Positions 33,326 through 41,112 of a DNA stretch of 64,000 nucleotides are shown piece after piece (the stretch's first letter is position 1; each line of letters begins with the position of its first letter). The notes below the pieces were generated by a model. It made no database searches. It saw only the letters and a program-made list of their open reading frames with translations, and was not told the DNA's origin. Position numbers and translations under genes: made by a program. Source of the DNA: an uncultured Chloroflexia bacterium (lineage in GTDB: Bacteria; Chloroflexota; Anaerolineae; CG2-30-64-16); contig CAWAOA010000007.1 of NCBI GenBank assembly GCA_963783655.1, positions 55,229 through 119,228 of the forward strand, in the 5' to 3' direction.

Positions 33326-34271
33326 TTGACTATCAACGACCAATCCGCCGTCCCGTCGCAGGAGCAGTACGTGTTCGGCGTTGTCGCCCACGGTCGGGAC
33401 GTTTACGCTGCCACCACATCGGGACTGCTGCAGTCTCAGGACGAGGGCTACACGTGGCTGCCGGCGTTCGCCTCACTCATGCTCGCCGAACCACTCCAGG
33501 CATTGGCGGTGGGATTGGCCGGCGCTCCTCACGAAACCCGCATCCTGGCCGGGATGAATGGCGGGATACTGGTCTCGTCGGACGGCTGCGCGACCTGGTC
33601 GTCTGCCGCCTTTCGCGAGCCGGCTCCGGCAGTGTCTGCGCTCGCGATTTCGCCCTCTTACTCGAGCGACCAAACGCTGCTGGCGGGGACGGTGGGGTCC
33701 GGTGTCTTCCTCAGCACCGATGGCGGTTCGCGAGTGGTCAGAGTGGAACTTCGGCCTGCTGGACCCGCGCGTGATTTGCCTGGCCCTGTCGCCAGACTAT
33801 GCCGGTGACGAAATCGTCTTCGCCGGAACGGAGAGCGGGCTGTATCTCAGCCGGAGCGGCGGGCGCGGCTGGGAAGAGCTGGCGTTGCCGTCAGGTGTCG
33901 CTCCTGTGCTCAGCCTCGCCGTGTCGCCCGAGTTCGCCACCGACCGGACAGTCTACGCCGGCACGGAGTCCGGCTGCCTGCTGCGCTCGAACGACTGCGG
34001 CGACAGCTGGACCGAGATCGGGGCCGGCGAATTTGACGGCGCTTTGAACCAGGTTCTCGTCGACCGTGCGGGACCGGGAGGCCGTTTGCTGATCCTCCAC
34101 GATGCCGGCGCCTCGATCTCCCGTGACGGCGGAGAACGCTGGGCGCCCTGCGATTGGGTGCTGCCGGCGGGGGTGTCTGCTACGGCTGTCGCGCAGCTAT
34201 CCGGCCTGGGACCCGGTGCTTCCGTATTGGTGGGGTGCACGGATGGGGCGGTCCGCCGGCTGACCGTTTGA
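33326..34271 (+). CDS. Asp-box (BNR) repeat beta-propeller protein (Ycf48/sialidase-like fold), with one frame change near 33730
   Basis: Six SxDxGxxW-type boxes: SQDEGYTW, SSDGCATW, STDGG(R)EW, SRSGGRGW, SNDCGDSW, SRDGGERW. These lie in ORFs 33326..33808 and 33558..34271. The gene starts 10 bp after the GroEL-like stop. Confidence 0.65.
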
Positions 34272-34319
34272 GCCCGGCAGCCGTCAATGCCGGCATGCGG
34301 CGGCCGGCGAATACCGGCG

Positions 34320-34601
34320 TCAGCCCGCGCCGCCTCGCGCTGCGCGCGCTACCCCTCGTGCTCTCGCCTTGGCTGCCTCCACCTCGCGATTCTTCGGCGA
34401 GCCTGTCGACTCCAGTGCGTCGAGCAACTGGGCCGAGACCCTTGCGATTTCGTCGACGGCCAGGTTGAATGCCGCCTCGTTCGCCCGCGACGGCTGACTG
34501 AAACCACTGATCTTTCGCACGAACTGCAGCGAGGCGTCCCTGACCTCCTGGTCGCTTACTGGCGGCTCGAAGTTGAACAGGGTCCTGATGTTCCTACACA
34601 T
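34320..34601 (-). CDS. DUF2277-family protein
   Basis: MCRNIRTLFNFEPPVSDQEVRDASLQFVRKISGFSQPSRANEAAFNLAVDEI matches my memory of the DUF2277 N-terminal signature (MCRNI.TL.NFEPPAT). Confidence 0.65.
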   Translation of the reverse strand: MCRNIRTLFNFEPPVSDQEVRDASLQFVRKISGFSQPSRANEAAFNLAVDEIARVSAQLLDALESTGSPKNREVEAAKARARGVARAARGGAG

Positions 34602-35214
34602 CTCGCGCTACCTTCGATGCCGGATCGGATGCTTCAGAGACTCCCGTGTCTGCGGATTGCTGCCGGTAGCGGAGGAACTGGACTCCGGAGCCGAAGATCT
34701 TGGTCTCCACGAGCTGCAGGCGCAGGGGAGTCCCCAGATCCGGAAACATTCGCTTGCCGCCCCCCAAAAGCACCGGGTTGAGGTACAACCAGTATTCGTC
34801 CACCAATCCCATCTGGATTAGGCTCGACGCAAGGTTCGCTCCCCCCACGGAGATGTCCTTGCCCGGCTGTTCTTTTAGCCTCCTGATTTCGTCAGGGTCG
34901 ACTTCCCTGACCAGGCGGGTGTTATCAACGACCTGGTCGAGCGTCCTGGAGAAGACGATCTTGTTCATTCTTTGCCAGATAAGGGCGAAGTCGACTTCGA
35001 AGTCGGCGCTTGCGGGATTCGTATCGCCGGTCGGCCAGTAAGCGGCCATCACATCGTACATCCGCCGCCCGTAGAGTTCAGTGTCGAACGCGGTCTGCTG
35101 CTCGTTGATGTACCTGTGCAGCTCCTCGTCAACGATCACCCAGTCCAGGCTCCCATCTGTCCCTTCGATGAAACCGTCGAGCGAGACCATCATCGAGTAG
35201 ACCAGTTTCCTCAT
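34594..35214 (-). CDS. Dihydrofolate-reductase-like (RibD C-terminal domain) family protein
   Basis: The ORF is intact: MRKLVYSMMVSLDGFIEGTDGSLDW...LYGRRMYDVMAAYWP...ISVGGANLASSLIQMGLVDEYWLYLNPVLLGGGKRMF. Confidence 0.8.
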   Translation of the reverse strand: MRKLVYSMMVSLDGFIEGTDGSLDWVIVDEELHRYINEQQTAFDTELYGRRMYDVMAAYWPTGDTNPASADFEVDFALIWQRMNKIVFSRTLDQVVDNTRLVREVDPDEIRRLKEQPGKDISVGGANLASSLIQMGLVDEYWLYLNPVLLGGGKRMFPDLGTPLRLQLVETKIFGSGVQFLRYRQQSADTGVSEASDPASKVARDV

Positions 35215-35381
35215 CGTTGTCCATCCCTTCGAGTCTTATGACCCCGTCCGGCTTGGGAGGTCGCTGGGCGGCGGCCGCCGTCAGAGCGCCCGGTCGCAGT
35301 CCAGCCGCCTCATGTCAACGCCAGCGGGCGGCCGGATGTACTACCGCCGCCCATGCGATCGCCCATACCCCGGCGACCCGG

Positions 35382-36831
35382 CTATCGCGCCGGTGGGATA
35401 TTGTGGTTCATCCTGAAGAGGTTGGTCGGGTCGTACCGGGCTTTGATCGCCGACAGGCGATCCCAGGTGGGTCCCGGATATGCCTCACGAACGCGCTCTT
35501 CGCCCCCGTCGCCCACGAAATTCACGTACGCTCCGGTGCTGCCGTCGCTCAAAGCCGACGCAAGGCCGGTAACCCAGCGCTTGTGAATGGCCGCCTCATC
35601 CGGATGGGCAAAGATGGCGGCGACATTGGCCAACACCTTCCGTCTGCGGTGGGCAAAGGCCGTGGCCACTTCCGGCACGCGCCCCATCGCCCCACCCATG
35701 ACCCGCAGCTGCACCACCGACATCATGGCAGACGAGGCTTGCAGGCCGTCCAGAATCAGCCGCGCAGCACGCTCGTCAACGCCGCCCAGGAACATCGTGC
35801 GCGGGTACCCCATAGGATGGTAGTCTTCGTCCTCGGGGGCGTAAATCTCCGGGTAGCTCATTGGGCGGATCATGTCCGCCAGGGGAGTGGCGAGTGCCCG
35901 GAACGGGGCAACGGCGCGCTGCCCGGCCTCTGCCGGTCCGGCGTAGACCAGCATTCCCATCAACACTAACTTGCCGTGGAGCGCCTCCGGCAGGAAGGGC
36001 ATGGGCGGGGCAACCATGATGTTGGCGATGGTCGACAGCTCTTCCGGGGCTGCGTCGGCCTCGGCGACGAACGAGCAGATGAGCTCGGACGTCGCCGGCA
36101 GCACCAGCATGCCGCCCACCACCGAGCTGACATCATGCAGCCGGAACTGGAATCGGGTTGCCACGCCGAAATTGCCGCCCCCGCCCCTGATCGCCCAGAA
36201 GAGGTCAGGGTTGTTTTCGGCATCGACGCGCAGCAGCTGCCCGTCGGCTGTCACGAGATCGGCAGCCAACAGGTCGTCGATCGTCAGCCCATGTTTGCGA
36301 ACCAGGTACCCGACGCCCCCGCCGAGCGTGAGCCCACCGATCCCGACGGAACCCGTGTCGCCGAACCCGGTCCCGAGGCCATGAGCGGCTGCTGCGGTCG
36401 TATACTCGGCCGCGGTCAGCCCCGTTTCGGCCCACGCCGTGCGCCCGTCGACGTCGATTTCCATGCGCTTCATGGAAGAGAGGTCGAGTACGATACCACC
36501 GTCTGAAACGCTGTGGCCGGCAATGCTGTGCCCGCCGCTGCGTACGGCTAGCGGCAGGCCGGATTTCGCGCGCGAGCGAGACGACGCGCACCACGTCAGA
36601 GCTGTTTGCGGGCTGCACGACAAGCGCGGGCCGCCGGTCATACCCGCCGTAAAAGAGTGATCGTGCCTTGTCGTATCCCGGCTCGCCAGGCTGTATCACG
36701 TGACCGGCTATCTGCGTGCGGAGCTGCGAAATTGCGGTACCGTTCGCCCCCTCAACCCGGTCGGCCGAGGAGCGGTCATTTCCCCCCTGGACTTGGTGTT
36801 CGGCGTTGTCTCTGTCTCGTAACATAGCCAT
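35382..36831 (-). CDS. FAD-linked oxidase (PCMH-type FAD-binding, berberine-bridge-enzyme-like C-terminus), with one frame change near 36600
   Basis: RPALVVQPANSSDVVRVVSLARE (ORF 36205..36831), LPLAVRSGGHSIAGHS, GVGIGGLTLGGGVGYL, NPDLFWAIRGGGGNFGV, and the C-terminal YDPTNLFRMNHNIPP (ORF 35382..36641). Confidence 0.8.
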
Positions 36832-36954
36832 TCTCCTTATCCAGACACATCAAGTTCGCCGGCAGGCACCGGCAGCGACGGACATTGTAGCACATTTGTG
36901 CTTTTAGTCCAGGGAGTTTGGCTTAAAATTCTGACGAGAACGAAAATAATTGAA

Positions 36955-36985
36955 ACGCCCGCGAGGATTGTACTCCCGCGGGCGT
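36955..36985 (-). terminator. Hairpin with flanking A/T runs after the DsrE-like gene (could work in both directions)
   Basis: acgcccgcg(a)gga ttgtac tcccgcgggcgt: 12 paired bases with one bulge. The 5' flank is gaaaataattgaa and the 3' flank is ccgttttc. Confidence 0.5.
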
Positions 36986-37048
36986 CCGTTTTCTTACCTG
37001 GTGTGCGATCGGGTGGGCCGGCAATGCAGCTCGGTCCTGGTGCCGCGT

Positions 37049-37551
37049 TCAGATGAAGATGATCTGCGCGCCTTCGGTCATGTCCATGAAGTCGCCGGCG
37101 GTGACGATGTCCTGCACGCCGTCGACGAAGTCCTCCTTCTTCAGGTCCATCATGTCCACCGACATCTTGCAGGCGTACAGCTTGGCGCCGGCGTCCACCA
37201 GCATCTGCAGATACTCGCGCACCGGCGGCACCTCCAGCTTGGCCATCTTGTCCTTCATCAGCTTGGTGGCGAAGGCGGTCATGCCGGGCAGCACGCCCAT
37301 GAGGTTGGGGATGCCCAGGTTGCCGGTGTCACGCCCATCATGCTCATCTTCATGCTGGTGTTGGCCACCGGCGCGATCTCCAGGTGGTCGACGCGGTTCT
37401 TGTTGATCATGTCCATGCCCCAGAAGGTGAAGAAGATGGTCACGTCGATGCCGTTGCCCAGCGCCGCCCAGCCCATGACCAGGGCGGGGTAGGCCATGTC
37501 CAGGTTGCCCTTCGAGCAGATAAATGCGACCTTGCGAGTTTCTTCAGCCAT
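37049..37551 (-). CDS. DsrE/DsrF-like sulfur-relay family protein, with one frame change near 37320
   Basis: KVAFICSKGNLDMAYPALVMGWAALGNGIDVTIFFTFWGMDMI (ORF 37279..37551) and KLYACKMSVDMMDLKKEDFVDGVQDIVTAGDFMDMTEGAQIIFI (ORF 37049..37300). Confidence 0.7.
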
Positions 37552-37595
37552 GTCGATTCTCCTTGTGCATGCCGATGCACGCGCCTCGTCGCGAC

Positions 37596-37903
37596 TCAGA
37601 CACAGCCTTCGGGCTTGCCCAGGCCGGCGATGCGGGCAACCTTCTTGGCCGGGCCCTTCGGGAACAGGGCGAACAGCTCCTTGGTCGAGACGCCGGCCGC
37701 GGTGGTGATGCGGCGCAGGGTGGGCGCCTTGCCGCGTCGCGCTGGCGTCCTGCGCGGCAGAACTCGATCACCTTCCAGTGCGCCGGCGGTCAGCTCGCCG
37801 ATGCCCTCTTCCTTGGCCAGCTCGGCGGCGATCTCCTTGGTCCACTCGCCGGGTCGGTCATGAAGCCTTCGTCGTTGACCTGAACGGTCTTGCCTGCAAT
37901 CAT
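37596..37903 (-). CDS. TusE/DsrC-family protein with a single C-terminal Cys, with several frame changes
   Basis: My own translation gives MIAGKTVQVNDEGFMTDPAEWTKEIAAELAKEEGIGELT..HWKVIEFCR...GKAPTLRRITTAAGVSTKELFALFPKGPAKKVARIAGLGKPEGCV*. The DsrC-type tail is ..P.GCV. The position 11 residues upstream of that Cys is Ala. Confidence 0.65.
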
Positions 37904-37955
37904 CGGGTTGCCATAGTATTCCTCCTTGATGTCAGTCTCTAGTGATCGGCTGATG

Positions 37956-38684
37956 TCATTGCAGTCTGCGTGACTTACGGCCGTTACTTGCCGTTGCCGC
38001 TGCGCCGCTGCCTGCGCGCCGATCGCGCGCAGCACGCGCAGCGTCAGCGCCAGGCCGCGGCGGACGTTCGGGTCGCGCATCTGGCGCAGCAGCGCGACGC
38101 AGCGAGGTGTCCACCGGCTGGTCCTTCTCGCGCTCGATGACCTGCACGGTGTTGCGCACGAAGTTCATGATCTCCGGCTGGGTCATCTCCTTGACCGTCT
38201 GCAGGATCAGCACGACGTTGTCGCCCAGCGGCCGCACGTCCTCCTCGCTGAACGAGGTGACGATGTTGTCGACGATCCGCATGCCGCCCCGGGCGAAGGC
38301 GAAGTAGCCCTTGCGCTCCAGCCTGCTCCAGACTGTCCACCGCCTTGCCGAACGCCTCATCGCTCAGCGGCCCGACGGTCTCGACCAGGTCCATCACGCT
38401 CTCGAGCTGGTCGAGCATCTTCTCGATATTGCGCCCGTTGCGCAGCAGGCGCTTGACAGCCGCAGCAGGTCGTCCAGGTCGACATACTCCTGGACCTCCT
38501 CGAGCTGCTCGACCGCCAGCCGGAAGGCGTCGTTGGCGATCGGCATCAGGTCGCGCATCAGCTCGGCGCGCTCCTCGCGCTGCGCGCTCGGCGATGCCTG
38601 CGCCTGCTCGGTCAGGATACTGCACCTGGGCCGTCAGGAGGTCGATCTTCTGGTTCGAGCTTCGCACGCGATTGCCTGGTCCAT
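37956..38684 (-). CDS. DUF1641-family protein, with frame changes and an uncertain 3' end
   Basis: The ATG at 38684 follows AGGAGGG. Key strings: LLRNGRNIEKMLDQLESVMDLVETVGPLSDEAFGKAVDSLEQ (ORF 38044..38667) and GMRIVDNIVTSFSEEDVRPLGDNVVLILQTVKEMTQPEIMNFVRNTVQVI (ORF 37956..38360). From memory, DUF1641 usually sits next to SQR-type flavoproteins. Confidence 0.55.
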
Positions 38685-38697
38685 GGCGTGCCCTCCT

Positions 38698-39941
38698 CTA
38701 CTGGCGCCACTTGCCGGCCATGCTCATGCGCGCCGGCAGCGGCAGTTCCTGGCCCTTGAGCAGGATGTTCCAGTACATCCAGCGGAACATCATCTTGCCC
38801 CAGTGGTTCATCTCGGATTCCTCGAGCAGCGTGAAGGGACCGACGCCGGGCAGCGGGTAGCGGCCGGGCAGCGGCTCGACGTCGTAGTTGAAGTCGATCA
38901 GCAGGCCCTTGCCGAAGCCCGACTCGATGAAGCAGTTGGCGTGCCCGTCGAAGGTCGGCAGCAGCTCCAGCCCGTCGATGTAGCGCAGGAAGTTCTCGGC
39001 GAAGACGTCCACGGCGAAATGGGCCACCGAGCCGGCCTTCGAGGTCGGCAGCGTTGGCGGCGTCGCCCAGCACGAAGATGTTGGCGTACTTGGGCGACAG
39101 GAAGGTGTGCTTGTCGACCGGGACGTAGTTCAGCTCGTCGCCCAGCCCCGAGCGGGCGATCACCTCGGCGCCCATGTTGAGCGGGACGCTCACCAGCAGG
39201 TCGTACTCGCACCTCCTGCTCGTCGTAGGACACGATCTTCTTGGCGTCCGGGTCCACGTGCTCGATCATGAACTCGGGCACCACCTTGATGTTCTTCTGT
39301 TCCAGGATGTCGCCCAGGTGCTTGGAGGCGATCGGCTTGGTGAACGCGCCGGGCAGCGGCGTGGCATAGATCAGCTCGACCCGGTCGCGGATGCCCTGCT
39401 CGTGGAAGAACCAGTCGGCCAGCATGAGGAACTCCAGCGGCGCCACCGGGCACTTGATCGGGTTCTCGACGACGTTGACCACCAGGCGGCCGCCCTGCCA
39501 GGTGCGCAGGTGCTTCGCCAGCGCCAGCGCGCCCTTCGAGGGTGTAGAAGTCGTGGATCGACTTGCTGCCACTCGTGCTCCTGCAGCCCGGGGGTCTGCT
39601 CGGGGTGCGTCTGCGCGCCGGTGGCGATGACCAGGAAGTCGTAGTTGAGGTAGCGGCCGTCCTTGGCCAGCTTCACCCGGTTGTGGTCCGGCTCGATCGA
39701 CCTCGATGGGCGACATGATCAGCTCGACGCCGGCCGGGATGAAATCGCGCTTGGGCTTGACCACGTCGTTCTTGCCGTAGATGCCGAACGGGATGAACAG
39801 GAAACCCGGCTGGTAGTAGTGCTGTCTCGTGCTGGTCGACGATGGTGATGTGCCACTCGTCGTGATCGAGCAAGCCGGTTGAGCCGGTTGGCGACCATCG
39901 TGCCGGCCGTGCCGGCGCCGAGGATCAAGAAGCTTCTTCAT
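38698..39941 (-). CDS. FAD-dependent pyridine-nucleotide-disulfide oxidoreductase, sulfide:quinone-oxidoreductase type, with at least 5 frame changes
   Basis: Reconstructed from ORFs 39719..39928 (ILGAGTAGTMVANRL), 39673..39873, 38898..39941 (YYQPGFLFIPFGIYGKNDVVKPKRDFIPAGVELI; NPIKCPVAPLEFLMLADWFF; IYATPLPGAFTKPIAS), 39371..39676 (YDFLVIATGA), 38612..39193 (VSVPLNMGAEVIARSGLGDELNYVPVD, IFVLGDAAN) and 38698..39027 (AHFAVDVFAENFLRYIDG...FDGHANCFIESGFGKGLLIDFNYDVEPLPG). Confidence 0.75.
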
Positions 39942-40755
39942 GTGCTATCCCTCCTTGCTCGTAAATTGGTTCTATAGTGACGGTCAGCACGGCGATCGGC
40001 TTGCAGCCGGTTGATGATGAGCTCCGGTCTTCTGCAATGTGCGAGAACACGTCGGCGATCCGCTGGACAAATCGAAGCACCCGGGCACGTTGCTCCGCGT
40101 CGAGATGGTGGACGGCATCGCAGTGAGCCGCCAGATATGCAGTCTCGGCCCCTGCTTCCTTTGCCGCCTCAGCCAGCTGTTCGCTGCTCGGCGGCCAGTT
40201 GTCTGGGGCGATGCAACCGGCCACGACAAGGCCCTTCAACTCGCTACCCTGGCGGATCAGACCGCGGGCACACAGCAAGCCCAACTCATTGGTGGTGAAC
40301 CGGGGTTCGAGCGAGATGGCATCTGCCATTTGTTGCCAGGTACGCATGCAGCCCGCCCAGCCGGAACCGGTGTGCTCCGTAACCGCCACGAAGAGGCCGC
40401 TGGGATTGCTTACCTGAGTAACCGGTTGTCCTTGCATGTCGGTGACGACGAGCGCGCACTCCAGCATTTCCGCAAAGGCATCCTGAATCAGTTGGACGCA
40501 CGCAAGTGGGAGGATCTGGGCAAGAGACGCCGGCGCCGCGGAAGCCGAATGCGCCGGCGGTGCGACGGGCGCCGGATCGACTGCCGGCAGTGCGCCCTGT
40601 GTCTGCATCCAACGCCCCAGCTCTTCCTTCGAGAAACGCCATTGCTTTCCGACCCGAATGGCCGGCAAACGGCCATCGTCGATCATCCGGTAAATCGTCG
40701 TGCGGTCAACCTGCAGCAGGTCCTGGACCTGGCGTGTGGTGAGTAAGTCGGCCAT
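39925..40755 (-). CDS. Transcriptional regulator: excisionase/MerR-type HTH plus PocR sensory domain
   Basis: LLTTRQVQDLLQVDRTTIYRMIDDGRLPAIRVGKQWRFSKEEL, then LIQDAFAEMLECALVVTDMQGQPVTQVSNPSG...LLCARGLIRQGSELKGLVVAGCI (PocR-like). The 3' end may be frame-shifted, and it overlaps the SQR start. Confidence 0.7.
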   Translation of the reverse strand: MADLLTTRQVQDLLQVDRTTIYRMIDDGRLPAIRVGKQWRFSKEELGRWMQTQGALPAVDPAPVAPPAHSASAAPASLAQILPLACVQLIQDAFAEMLECALVVTDMQGQPVTQVSNPSGLFVAVTEHTGSGWAGCMRTWQQMADAISLEPRFTTNELGLLCARGLIRQGSELKGLVVAGCIAPDNWPPSSEQLAEAAKEAGAETAYLAAHCDAVHHLDAEQRARVLRFVQRIADVFSHIAEDRSSSSTGCKPIAVLTVTIEPIYEQGGIAHEEAS

Positions 40756-41112
40756 CTCGCATCCACTCTCCTGGGCCCGTATCGTCGAAGTGATTGTGCG
40801 GCAATATACAAGCTTGTGCGTACGGTAACAGATGAGTCTCAGATAGTCAAATCTAGATGCATCAGAATTGTGGGCAGACGCTTGCGGTCAGACATAGATG
40901 TATGTGATGCATTAGGTTGCGGAACAGTTGAGGTGCGAAAGCGGGGTAAACGGGAAGGGTTAGCGTGGTCTAGGGAGCAAGGGGAAGAATGCCACGTTGG
41001 AAGCCGGGAAGACTTGCAGCGTGGCACGGGTGCGAGCATATCGAAGCGCCGCCTGGCAGCGCACGATCTCAACGAGGCAGAACTTCTCTACTTTCGAGCT
41101 GCCAGTCTCAAC

